Positions 50,485 through 59,102 of a stretch of 59,102 nucleotides of DNA are shown here, in pieces. Position numbers and translations under genes: made by a program. The DNA comes from a virus (lineage: Duplodnaviria; Caudoviricetes). The stretch spans positions 1 to 59,102 of the IMG/VR virus record IMGVR_UViG_3300032284_001102. One strand, 5' to 3'. A model generated the notes under the pieces. The model made no database searches. It was not told the DNA's origin and worked only from the letters and a program-made list of their open reading frames with translations. The first letter of the stretch is position 1, and the number at the start of each line of letters is the position of its first letter.

Positions 50485-51726
50485 TTATTTACTTAAAAAA
50501 TTTCTTGTAGATTGTATAATTTTCAACTTTTGTTTTATACTATTAAATTGTGCAATATTGGTTGGGCCGGTACTAGATGGGCCTGCTGGGGTTAAATACA
50601 TTTGTTGTATTATGGCATCAATTAAATCCGATAATATTTGAATAAGTTCACCACCTAATACCATCTTTTGTACATCGGCACCTGCACCACCAGCTGCACT
50701 ATTCTTTCCTAAATAAATATTACCACCACTATCTGAGTTTAAAAATATTTGATTGTTTCCTTTGGAATGTAATATTAAATTTGAGTTGGTGTGTAAATAA
50801 ACATCTTTTTCAGCATCCACACTAAATTTACCATCGGTTATTATACCAGTATTTCCTTTTCCAAATATAATAAATTCACTAGCTTTTGCCGATAATATGA
50901 TTCTATCTGAGTTTACAAAAAATTGATTACCTTTCAATTCTTTTGAATTTGGATATTCTGTGAATCCAACTTTTTGTTTTTTAATTACTTCTGTAAATGG
51001 TATTTTTACTTTACCTGATGTTATATAAACGGATGTTCCATCTAAATTAATACTCTCTTCAACTAATGTTCCAATTTTTTCGTTATCTAATGATGGATTT
51101 TGTTTATTACGAATGAATATTGATGGTGATGATGTTCCTCCCTTTGGATTACCATTTTCATCGGTTGTCTCATCTTCTGTTAGGAAAAATTCTGAAAATC
51201 TTATAGTATTTCCGGCTCTACCTGTTATTATAGTATCACCTTCTCTTGGTTTTAAGAATTTAATATTTTCATTTTTTTTATATTCGGATTTATTAGATTG
51301 TGATTGTATTTTCTTTTGCCCAGTTGTGTGTGTATTTTTTACTTCAGAATAATTTTTATTTTTATCCGAAGAGTCTGCACTTAAAATATTTTTTTCTTTA
51401 GTAATTTCCGATAGTTTAACATCTTCTCTATAATTTGGTATTTGTGAAACTGAGTATGGTAACCAATAGTTTGAATTTGCAATCTCAATAATAATAATAG
51501 TTTCACCTACTATTGGATATGTAATATTATTTTTATCAAATGGAAATGCAAAATTTTGTTTATTAATAAAACTTTCTTTATTAAATTCAATTGCCCCTAA
51601 AAATCTATTATCATTTTTACCTACATAGTTTTCATTATCTGTACTAGAAACAAAATCATTTTCATTTATAGGTTTATCAAAATTAGTATAAACTTTTTTT
51701 ACAGTAGCTAAAAATCCATTTATCAT
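50485..51726 (-). CDS. Baseplate hub/central spike protein (gp5/gpV-like)
   Basis: P..GE OB-like motif, EGD.II.GR.GNTIRF, NSDRIIL, beta-helix-like repeats, V.G..L...L..L...TPAGPS. Confidence 0.65.
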   Translation of the reverse strand: MINGFLATVKKVYTNFDKPINENDFVSSTDNENYVGKNDNRFLGAIEFNKESFINKQNFAFPFDKNNITYPIVGETIIIIEIANSNYWLPYSVSQIPNYREDVKLSEITKEKNILSADSSDKNKNYSEVKNTHTTGQKKIQSQSNKSEYKKNENIKFLKPREGDTIITGRAGNTIRFSEFFLTEDETTDENGNPKGGTSSPSIFIRNKQNPSLDNEKIGTLVEESINLDGTSVYITSGKVKIPFTEVIKKQKVGFTEYPNSKELKGNQFFVNSDRIILSAKASEFIIFGKGNTGIITDGKFSVDAEKDVYLHTNSNLILHSKGNNQIFLNSDSGGNIYLGKNSAAGGAGADVQKMVLGGELIQILSDLIDAIIQQMYLTPAGPSSTGPTNIAQFNSIKQKLKIIQSTRNFLSK

Positions 51727-52130
51727 TATAATTTAGTTTTAATTTCTTCTATTTCAATTTCTAAATCACTCATTCTTTCTTTAGACTTTTCTTCAACTGC
51801 ATTAATGGTATCTTCCATATCTGCAAGTAACTGAGCTTTTTCGTTTTCACTTAACCAACCATCTTCACCAATACCCTTTGCTTCTGCAGCTGCTAATCTT
51901 TGTGCAATAGTTGCAAGTTTAATTAAGTGGTCATCGTTTTTAACCGATACCTCAATTAAATCTTTTATAATAGGTGCAATCACAGTTGCTTCTCCTACAT
52001 TTTTAATTAACTTACGAAGTGATTCAATCAATTCAGAAATGTTTTTCTTTTTGTTTAATTGATTTTCGTATATATCTTTAAATAATGATGATAAATTTTT
52101 ACCATCAAATAATTGAAATTCTGTTGCCAT
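51726..52130 (-). CDS. Conserved helical hypothetical protein
   Basis: F.GK..S.L..DIY.N, P.IK...VKNDDHL.KLA.I.QR. Confidence 0.7.
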   Translation of the reverse strand: MATEFQLFDGKNLSSLFKDIYENQLNKKKNISELIESLRKLIKNVGEATVIAPIIKDLIEVSVKNDDHLIKLATIAQRLAAAEAKGIGEDGWLSENEKAQLLADMEDTINAVEEKSKERMSDLEIEIEEIKTKL

Positions 52131-52131
52131 A

Positions 52132-52893
52132 TTAAATTATGTTGTTTCCTACTATATAATTATAAAGTTCTTCACTTATTAGATTATAACCATCTTTGTT
52201 CGGATGTTGAGTAGCTCTGGTTTTAAAATTAGTATCCGTATGTTCCCATATATCTAATCGGTTTGTATCATTTAAAAAATCTCTAAATGTTTTATTTCCA
52301 AAATTCCAATATTTGCTTGTATCTATTAAATTTTTGTAATTATCATTTCTAATCATTGGTTCAAATGCGTCACACATAACATATTTTATTCCATAGTGAG
52401 TTAATAATTTTTGAATAAAAATAATATAATTTTGATTTACAATATTATAGTATTCTTCATTGTATAAATTTACAATAAAAAAATCTTTATAATTTATTAA
52501 AAATTCTGTATATTTTGTATTTGAACTTTTATATGATTCTATAAATTTTTCTGGCGTTTGTAGTAAGTGATTTACAGACCAACTTACCCATTCTCCTTTT
52601 GGTAAAAACGGAACATAATCTCTTAAAGATGAACTCCACATTATAATAATGAAATCATTTTTTTTGATTCTCTCATCTTGTACATCTGTAACAATTTGAT
52701 TAAATATTTTGTTATTAGCATTTCCACTAATTCCATTATTTTTTGATTGTAATTTTAATTTATTTGCAAGAATATTTACCCAAGAATGTTTATTTCTGAA
52801 AAGTATTAAATCCTGATTTTTTAATGTTGCTTCTACACTTACATCACTTCCTTCGCCGGCCGCCCAGCTACAACCATATCCATATAATATCAT
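52132..52893 (-). CDS. SGNH/GDSL-like protein
   Basis: YGCSWAAGEG, GISGNAN, WSSSLR, HPNKDGY; coupled to the carbamoyltransferase. Confidence 0.7.
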   Translation of the reverse strand: MILYGYGCSWAAGEGSDVSVEATLKNQDLILFRNKHSWVNILANKLKLQSKNNGISGNANNKIFNQIVTDVQDERIKKNDFIIIMWSSSLRDYVPFLPKGEWVSWSVNHLLQTPEKFIESYKSSNTKYTEFLINYKDFFIVNLYNEEYYNIVNQNYIIFIQKLLTHYGIKYVMCDAFEPMIRNDNYKNLIDTSKYWNFGNKTFRDFLNDTNRLDIWEHTDTNFKTRATQHPNKDGYNLISEELYNYIVGNNII

Positions 52894-54590
52894 TACTTAC
52901 TAATTAAGAATTTACCCAATACTAAATAGTCCATATCACAATTATGAAATGTCCAAATTGCTTTTTGTGGGTCATTTGTCATTGTGTGGTCTTTTAAGTT
53001 AAATGATGTGTTCAATAGAATAGGGGTTCCTGTTAGTTTTTCAAACTCCTTTAATAAGTCATAGTAAAGTGGGTTATCCTCTTTTTTAAGTGTCTGTATC
53101 CTTGCAGAATTGTCAATATGTGTTACTGATGGAATATTCACATCCTTTTTAACTTTGACAACCTGATTCATATAAGGAACATCTTCTTCTGATAGGAAAT
53201 ATTTTTGATAATCTTCTATTGTAACCGATGGAGCAAATGGTCTAAACATTTCTCTTTTTTTCACAACCTTATTAATTCTATCTCTAATATCTGATAAATG
53301 TGGATTGCCTAATATAGAACGATTACCCAATGCTCTTGCACCAAATTCAGTTCTACCTTGAAACCAACCTATAATATTACCTTCTTCAATTAGTTTTGCA
53401 ACTTTTTTACATAATTCATTATTAGTATCAAACATTACAACTTGTTTTCTATGATTTTGTAATATAATTTTAAGTAATTCAGGATTACTCCATTCTTCAC
53501 CTAAATATGGAGATTGATTATCACCACCTTTTACTTTTGGATTACCAAATGTTTGATGATAATGATATAAACATGCACCAATTGCAGAACCACTATCCGA
53601 TGGGGCAAATGGTATAAATACATTCTTAATTGATGTAGATATTTTTATTTTACCATTAGCAGTTCCATTATAAGCACATCCACCACCTAAAACTAAATTA
53701 TCACATTCCCATATATTAGTAATTCTATTGATAACAAAGTATAATGCACTTTCATACCATCTTTGTAATGAGGCAGCTAGGTCTTTATGATGTTGTTCGA
53801 TTGGTTCATCTTTGAAACGAGGTGGAAATCCAATTAAATCAATAAGTTGTTGATTAAACATATCATTGTCCGATGTTTCCCATGTAAAGTAAGACATATC
53901 CATTTTAATAATATCAAATTCACCACCCATAGTAGCAATTTTATCAAACACACTATTATATTGTTGTTTATCACCATATGGTGCTAATCCCATTACTTTA
54001 TACTCACCTTCGTTTGGTTTGAACCCTAAATAAGCAGTAAGTGCCGAATAAACCAATCCTAATGAATGTGGAAAGTGTAATGTTTGAATTGTATGAAAGC
54101 CTGTCTCATCACACATTGCCGCATATATAGTATGTGATTCACCAACTCCATCAATTGACAATCCTATTGCTTTATCAAATGGTGATGTGTAATAAGATAG
54201 TGCTAAATGTGAATGATGGTGTAATGAATATAAAATTTCTCCATCATATCCAATTGATTTTAGGATTCTTTTTAAGTTACCTTCTGTCTCATTCCATCTT
54301 TTAATAAACTTTCTCCATTTCATTGGATATCGTAAACCACCCCATTTGCCAATTGTTTTTTTAACTCTTTCAAATTTATCTTTTGGGTTTTCATACCAAC
54401 AAACCATATCAACTTCATCAATTGTTATTTTTGCATATTCTAAACACCATTGAATTGCTTTAAATGGAAAAGAACTATCATGTTTTTCACCCGATAGTTT
54501 TTCTTCTTCAATTGCACATATAACTTTACCATCTATAACCAATGCCGCCGCTGAATCATGGTAAAATGCTGATAATCCTAATTGTATCAT
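52893..54590 (-). CDS. O-carbamoyltransferase (NodU/CmcH/TobZ family)
   Basis: YHDSAA, EEE, HHHSH, DGVGE, EYKVMGLAPYG, GGCAYN, EFGARALGNRSI, REMFRPFAP, NTSFN. Confidence 0.95.
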   Translation of the reverse strand: MIQLGLSAFYHDSAAALVIDGKVICAIEEEKLSGEKHDSSFPFKAIQWCLEYAKITIDEVDMVCWYENPKDKFERVKKTIGKWGGLRYPMKWRKFIKRWNETEGNLKRILKSIGYDGEILYSLHHHSHLALSYYTSPFDKAIGLSIDGVGESHTIYAAMCDETGFHTIQTLHFPHSLGLVYSALTAYLGFKPNEGEYKVMGLAPYGDKQQYNSVFDKIATMGGEFDIIKMDMSYFTWETSDNDMFNQQLIDLIGFPPRFKDEPIEQHHKDLAASLQRWYESALYFVINRITNIWECDNLVLGGGCAYNGTANGKIKISTSIKNVFIPFAPSDSGSAIGACLYHYHQTFGNPKVKGGDNQSPYLGEEWSNPELLKIILQNHRKQVVMFDTNNELCKKVAKLIEEGNIIGWFQGRTEFGARALGNRSILGNPHLSDIRDRINKVVKKREMFRPFAPSVTIEDYQKYFLSEEDVPYMNQVVKVKKDVNIPSVTHIDNSARIQTLKKEDNPLYYDLLKEFEKLTGTPILLNTSFNLKDHTMTNDPQKAIWTFHNCDMDYLVLGKFLISK

Positions 54591-54592
54591 AT

Positions 54593-55291
54593 TTAAATTT
54601 TTATATCACCATATTTGTCAAATTCATTATATAACTCCATTTGTCTATCTTTCATTTTATTGACAACTTTTGTAATATAATGAGTAGGATGACCGGTCAT
54701 TTCTCTAATAAGTAAATAAAGAGATTTTTTATTAAAGTTTTCTATATGTTCCGCTCTTCTAAATAATTCTAATACCGAATCTGCTATTTGTAAGTCTCTT
54801 CTCTTTGGAAAATAGTTTTCTAAATGCATATCCCAATATTCTAACATTCTAACATTAAATGTTCTATGTTCGTCATTTCTTTCCTCTTCTCTAAAATTAT
54901 TTTCAGTATCAAATGATTCAGGTAATCCTGACATTATATCAGTATCTTTATATCTTTTGTAGTTTGCGTTATTATTTAAAATAAGATAGTTTCTTGCAAC
55001 AATTGTAAAATAACTAAATGCTTTACCTTTACCACTTTTATACATATGTATTTTTTCAATCATAAATGCAACAACCTCTGCCATTACATCTTTTGGGTCA
55101 TCATCAAAGTAAGTAAACTTCCATTTATTATAAACTATCTCTGCAAGCTTTTCAAATGCAGATGCTATTCTTTCTCTATATAGTTTATCTTTAATATATT
55201 GGTCATTAGTTAAATTATACTCAATTATTGCATCTTCGGTATCTTTTGGAAAATATTGTCTATTAGGGCCTCTTTTTTTTCTGATTGCCAT
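54593..55291 (-). CDS. Phage late-transcription sigma factor (T4 gp55-like region 2)
   Basis: KLAE......F.Y...D.......KI..Y...KGKAFSYFT..A.N. Confidence 0.7.
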   Translation of the reverse strand: MAIRKKRGPNRQYFPKDTEDAIIEYNLTNDQYIKDKLYRERIASAFEKLAEIVYNKWKFTYFDDDPKDVMAEVVAFMIEKIHMYKSGKGKAFSYFTIVARNYLILNNNANYKRYKDTDIMSGLPESFDTENNFREEERNDEHRTFNVRMLEYWDMHLENYFPKRRDLQIADSVLELFRRAEHIENFNKKSLYLLIREMTGHPTHYITKVVNKMKDRQMELYNEFDKYGDIKI

Positions 55292-55293
55292 TT

Positions 55294-55533
55294 TTAATTA
55301 AAATTTTTATATTTTTCGATTGTATCTTTAATTTGATAAAATACAGAACCTACTTCATCATCTTTTTCAAACATTTCACGATTGTCTATTTCTCTCAATG
55401 CATTCAATAAAGCTTCGTTTTTTAACAACTCACTACCAATAAAGTCTTCATATTTTTCTAATTTTTTTAATAAATTAATAGTTACGAATCCTAATGTTAA
55501 AACTATTAAACTTAATATTATTATTGTTATCAT
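55294..55533 (-). CDS. Small protein with N-terminal transmembrane helix
   Basis: Hydrophobic residues 2-21; ID...FE.DDEVG..F. Confidence 0.7.
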   Translation of the reverse strand: MITIIILSLIVLTLGFVTINLLKKLEKYEDFIGSELLKNEALLNALREIDNREMFEKDDEVGSVFYQIKDTIEKYKNFN

Positions 55534-55534
55534 A

Positions 55535-56182
55535 TTATACTATTTCATATCCTTTTAAAAATAATTTGTTTGCATGCTTAAATTTAACTTCTTGCATTTC
55601 ACCGGCAGGAGATTTCATTACAATTTTTTCATTTCTACCAAAATTTACTTTTTTTACAATTTGTGTATTGTAAACTCTATCTTTAATTGTAATACCATCT
55701 AAGTGGTCTATTTCATGCTGAACAACAACGGTCATCATTGTTTCTTTAGAAATTGACTTATTTGCTTCATCACCCTCTGGGTTAGTTTCAAATGTCAATT
55801 CTCCTAAATTATCCGTATCAACTATCACTTTACATGCTCTAATTGTTTTAATTGGAGTTCTAAGTGTAGATGGTATAGAAAGACATCCTTCAAAAAAAAG
55901 AAATCCATCTTTAGACTTTTCTTTAATAATTGGATTTAATAAAAATACTTCAGTTGCATTGTCACCTTCTCCAAATTTAATTAAACAAGCTCTTTTTTTA
56001 ATTCCTAATTGATTTGCAGAAATACCAACACCTGGATATTTTTTTAATCCTTCTTCCAATTGTTTTCTTAATTCATCGGTTTCTTGTTGTGTTATTTCTG
56101 ATTTTAGTACAGGAGTTTTAAGATACTCCGTAAACTCTTTTGTTGTTAGTCCGTTTGAACCTTTATCAACTATCAATTTCAT
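55535..56182 (-). CDS. def: Peptide deformylase
   Basis: GVGISANQLG, EGCLS, QHEIDHLDG. Confidence 0.95.
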   Translation of the reverse strand: MKLIVDKGSNGLTTKEFTEYLKTPVLKSEITQQETDELRKQLEEGLKKYPGVGISANQLGIKKRACLIKFGEGDNATEVFLLNPIIKEKSKDGFLFFEGCLSIPSTLRTPIKTIRACKVIVDTDNLGELTFETNPEGDEANKSISKETMMTVVVQHEIDHLDGITIKDRVYNTQIVKKVNFGRNEKIVMKSPAGEMQEVKFKHANKLFLKGYEIV

Positions 56183-56185
56183 ATT

Positions 56186-56395
56186 TTATTTTTTTAATCC
56201 GTATTTAATCCATTTATACCAAACTCTTTCGTGAATATAATATTGAATGGGTTTGTAAATCAATTCTGCTACTCCAAATGCTGCTCCAATTTTAATTGAA
56301 CCACTTATCAACCACATTAATAAAAAACCAACTAAGGTACTTATAATACGATATGATATGGTTTTTGCAATATGTCTCTTTCTTTCTACTAACAT
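56186..56395 (-). CDS. DUF2061-like small membrane protein
   Basis: R..AKTISYR...K...YYIHERVW. Confidence 0.8.
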   Translation of the reverse strand: MLVERKRHIAKTISYRIISTLVGFLLMWLISGSIKIGAAFGVAELIYKPIQYYIHERVWYKWIKYGLKK

Positions 56396-56772
56396 TATTT
56401 ATCCATTGTATAAATTACTTCATCACCATTTGAGTCAATATATTTCTTTCTGATTGCAGTTCCACTAATTTTTTCAATTTCTTTTGGTGGTTCGTGGTAA
56501 ATTACATCATAACCCACACCTCTACCATAATTTACACTTTCAATATCTGGAATAATTGATAACATAATCTTATCCCAATTATTTGTAAAAAATGGTTCTT
56601 TTTGTAATTCTTTTAAAACTTCTTGTGCTGTTTTTGGATTGTTCTCATCTTGTTGAACATCTCTAATTGCTACCCAACAATTTTTTCCTTTCTCTAATTG
56701 TTGATTGATTAACCACTCATGACCTTTATGCCACGTTTGCCATCTTCCTATAAATAATGCGTATTTTTTCAT
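56395..56772 (-). CDS. HxGH nucleotidyltransferase (cytidyltransferase-like)
   Basis: FIGRWQTWHKGH, YGRGVGY, ISGTAIR. Confidence 0.8.
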   Translation of the reverse strand: MKKYALFIGRWQTWHKGHEWLINQQLEKGKNCWVAIRDVQQDENNPKTAQEVLKELQKEPFFTNNWDKIMLSIIPDIESVNYGRGVGYDVIYHEPPKEIEKISGTAIRKKYIDSNGDEVIYTMDK

Positions 56773-56778
56773 ATTTGT

Positions 56779-56808
56779 AATATACGAAAATTATTCTAAA
56801 CTACCAAA
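56779..56808 (-). promoter_or_regulatory. Bacteroidota-type promoter TTTG-N19-GTATATT, 6 nt before the ATG
   Basis: Conserved spacing shared with three other sites. Confidence 0.7.
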
Positions 56809-56811
56809 TAT

Positions 56812-57939
56812 TTAATAAGTTTTTGTATTTTCTTCTTCATTTCGCATTTTGGCCAATTCTCTAATAGTTCCACCTTTTGATTTTAACCAATAATTAACTG
56901 CTTTGGAGTTGTTTATCCATAAATTTCTTTTTTGCCATGGAAAATCAGGATGCATAAAATCTTCCCATTTTAATGATATTTTATCATTTAATTCAGTATT
57001 AGATGTAATATTTCCCACATCATTAACAGAGTCAGTAAGTTTTTCTTCATTTTTTGCGTCAGTCTCATTTTCTTTGTTTTCGTTAACAATATCATCCCCA
57101 TAAACCTTATAATTTTTGTAATTTTCTTCCATTAAATCATCCAAATTATCATATAAACCCAATTTTTGGTCATTTTCAATCATTTCACCTAAAAGTCTTC
57201 TTTGTTTTTGTTTTTTAGTTTCAATTAATCCATTAAATGCAATAATAAGTGCTACTGCCAATGGGTCAAACACCAGTACAATCAAAAATATGAAGAATTT
57301 TACTACATTTTTCAATTCCACACCAAATGCTTCAGCTACAAACCTAAATCCACCCACTTCTTTCTCTAAATTTAAATTAGAAACCTTAATTTTATTGATT
57401 TCATTGTTATTTTTAGCATTTTCTTCTTGTAAAGATGCTATTTTTTTATTAATTTGAGCACTTTGTTTATCTTTGTTATCAATTGAGCGTAAAAGACGAG
57501 AATTTACCTTACCTTTGTCTAAAATTGTGTTTTGTGTTGAAGATAATTGCCCCAATTGAGTGTTTAATTGAGTAATTTGAGCATCGTTGGTGGCAATTTT
57601 AGTAGAATATACTGCAATTTCTCTATCTACTTGCTGTAATTTTAAATTTTGTTGTTGAAATGCGTTGGAAAGATATCCAAATATACCCGCAGATGTGATA
57701 ATCATCAATAATGCTACCGCTGATACCAAATACCACTTATTAAATCCCTTAATTTCTTCCCACTTTTGTTTTAAATAAGTAGCTGCTACTAATTTAGCAA
57801 ACTCTAATGACCCGGCCATTACCATAACCGATGTTGCCGCACCACTAAATAGGACACCTAATCCGGTGACGGAGAAAAATGCTGCACAACCGGCTATAAT
57901 TAGTGCAGAAAATCCGACTAAATATTTAAGCCAATTCAT
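56812..57939 (-). CDS. Membrane protein with coiled coil
   Basis: Three N-terminal TM segments (AAFFSV.GL, M...LE..K, ITS.GIFGYLS), coiled coil, further TM with VFDPLA. Confidence 0.75.
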   Translation of the reverse strand: MNWLKYLVGFSALIIAGCAAFFSVTGLGVLFSGAATSVMVMAGSLEFAKLVAATYLKQKWEEIKGFNKWYLVSAVALLMIITSAGIFGYLSNAFQQQNLKLQQVDREIAVYSTKIATNDAQITQLNTQLGQLSSTQNTILDKGKVNSRLLRSIDNKDKQSAQINKKIASLQEENAKNNNEINKIKVSNLNLEKEVGGFRFVAEAFGVELKNVVKFFIFLIVLVFDPLAVALIIAFNGLIETKKQKQRRLLGEMIENDQKLGLYDNLDDLMEENYKNYKVYGDDIVNENKENETDAKNEEKLTDSVNDVGNITSNTELNDKISLKWEDFMHPDFPWQKRNLWINNSKAVNYWLKSKGGTIRELAKMRNEEENTKTY

Positions 57940-58116
57940 TTATCTATTTATTCTTGTTAATTCTGAAATTCTTTCTGCTATCTTTCTTGCATCTTCTAAT
58001 GTAGTGTGAGCTTCAGATGGTGACATATGTTGTGCACCAGTAATTCCATTTTGTAAAATCCTCAATTTACCATCTAAGGATTCCAATAACATTTGTATTT
58101 TTTCGTTGTATATCAT
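57940..58116 (-). CDS. 58-aa helical hypothetical protein; not in ORF track
   Basis: MIYNEKIQMLLESLDGKLRILQNGITGAQHMSPSEAHTTLEDARKIAERISELTRINR*; stop abuts the next ATG; TATTTATA at 58120-58127. Confidence 0.75.
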   Translation of the reverse strand: MIYNEKIQMLLESLDGKLRILQNGITGAQHMSPSEAHTTLEDARKIAERISELTRINR

Positions 58117-58137
58117 GTCTATAAATATTTAATAAAT

Positions 58138-58171
58138 AAAAAAAGGTAGAAGTGTTTAAACTCCTACCTTT
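58138..58171 (-). terminator. Rho-independent terminator after hsp20
   Basis: AAAGGTAGGAGT-TTAAAC-ACTTCTACCTTT then further Ts (7-T run). Confidence 0.75.
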
Positions 58172-58173
58172 GT

Positions 58174-58203
58174 AATATACGAAAAATAACTGAATTAACC
58201 AAC
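58174..58203 (-). promoter_or_regulatory. Bacteroidota-type promoter GTTG-N19-GTATATT
   Basis: Same spacing as the three gene-proximal copies. Confidence 0.55.
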
Positions 58204-58581
58204 TTTAGGGGTTAATTTTTTTGGTTTGGACTCTTCTTTTCTTTCAATGGTAATTAAAAGAATACCATTCTTAATTTCAGCTTTTGCTTTTCTACCATCA
58301 AAGTTTTTACCTACTTGAACTCTTTCTTCAATATTTGAAACCAATTGATTAAAAGGATTTTCTTTATCCTCTTGTGTTTTTTTAGCTTTGATTTCAATTT
58401 TGTCCTCAAAGCAATTAATTTCAATATCTTTTGGGTCATGCCCTAATACTGATAATGCAAGGGTTGCAGATTCATCTTTAATGTCTACTGCGAATTTGTT
58501 TTGAACATAAGTCGTTCTTGTCTTTGGTTGTTCGATTGGAAAATACTCATCGAATAATCTGTTAAAGTCATACGAAATCAT
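58195..58581 (-). CDS. Small heat-shock protein (Hsp20/alpha-crystallin)
   Basis: V.G..PKDIEI, A.IKNGILLITI, K.E.KPK. Confidence 0.9.
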   Translation of the reverse strand: MISYDFNRLFDEYFPIEQPKTRTTYVQNKFAVDIKDESATLALSVLGHDPKDIEINCFEDKIEIKAKKTQEDKENPFNQLVSNIEERVQVGKNFDGRKAKAEIKNGILLITIERKEESKPKKLTPKVG

Positions 58582-58701
58582 AATATAAATGTTTTTTTGT
58601 TAATAATATTCTATATAGTCCAAATACTATACCATCCCTTATTTTGTTACAAAGTTATGACAAAACTACCCTAACTTTATTACAAATCGGAAATTGTGTC
58701 A

Positions 58702-59102
58702 TTAAATTGTGTTATCTTGTCTTTCAATGATTGTCGACATATGGTCTGCCCAATGCATAATAAATTGTAACTTATAAACCAATTGTTTCTTTAAGTCGTG
58801 ACCTGCTAAATACTTTTGATTATCTTCGTCATACATACCATCGGTAAGTTTGATTGCAAAATACTCTTTCTCATTATACTGAATACCATAGTGGTTTAAT
58901 GTAAAGAAAGTTCTATCAGTTAAAGTCATATATGGGATATTCTCATTACGAACAAATAAAGTTCCGTATTTCTTTTGAGACCATTCTTCCTGATTTGGTA
59001 AATAATGTAGTTCACCTTTAATACCTAATTTTCCTAAGTCGTGATGTAGACAACTAAATATCAATTCTTCTTCGGTAAAATCTATCTCTCCACCTTGCAT
59101 TA
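58702..59102 (-). CDS. HD-domain phosphohydrolase, 3' part only
   Basis: LHHDLGKLG, DG.Y, HWAD; likely starts beyond the right edge. Confidence 0.8.
   Translation of the reverse strand, partial: MQGGEIDFTEEELIFSCLHHDLGKLGIKGELHYLPNQEEWSQKKYGTLFVRNENIPYMTLTDRTFFTLNHYGIQYNEKEYFAIKLTDGMYDEDNQKYLAGHDLKKQLVYKLQFIMHWADHMSTIIERQDNTI

Noticed and set aside
3869-57103. Other short plus-strand ORFs in the track and the nested minus ORF 25299..25490
   Set aside because: They overlap well-supported minus-strand genes and lack recognisable motifs; only 30683..30868 lies mostly in an intergenic gap
1-59102. CRISPR array, tRNA/rRNA, intron, intein or transposase
   Set aside because: No repeat-spacer structure, intergenic gaps are mostly too small, and no such motifs were recognised; not tested computationally
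1-59102. Stop-codon reassignment
   Set aside because: Standard code gives near-complete coding density with intact genes; TGA and TAG end ORFs at plausible places
1-59102. Eukaryotic giant virus or bacterial O-antigen locus origin
   Set aside because: gp25/gp6/gp5-like baseplate genes, gp55-like sigma, operon coupling and bacterial promoters/terminators indicate a tailed phage; no Wzx/Wzy/ABC export genes

Overview
AT-rich, gene-dense segment of a large tailed (myovirus-like, probably jumbo) phage genome. The host is probably Bacteroidota, inferred from TTTG-N20-TAnnTT promoters and the lack of Shine-Dalgarno leaders. All credible genes but one are on the minus strand, many translationally coupled (TAATG/ATGA overlaps). 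In transcription order (right to left): HD-domain protein, Hsp20, membrane/coiled-coil protein, nucleotidyltransferase, DUF2061-like protein, peptide deformylase, gp55-like late sigma factor, carbamoyltransferase plus SGNH-like protein; a baseplate/tail module (about 35.4-52.1 kb); T7-endonuclease-I-like resolvase, primase and a fused Mre11-Rad50 (SbcD-SbcC); a chaperone-bearing tail fibre; a poly-Thr mucin-like protein; and a ~25 kb glycan biosynthesis/modification island (0.5-25 kb). The most interesting hypothesis is a phage-encoded virion O-glycosylation system. Its parts would be a mucin-like acceptor next to a GT95/GT96-like protein O-glycosyltransferase, GT7-LamG enzymes, a ThDP-dependent branched-sugar pathway, and a DltX-like 'FVYKSF' Tyr shuttle peptide (missed by the ORF track) that may relay carbamoyl groups to five SGNH-like proteins. 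All family calls come from motif recognition by eye; no searches were run.
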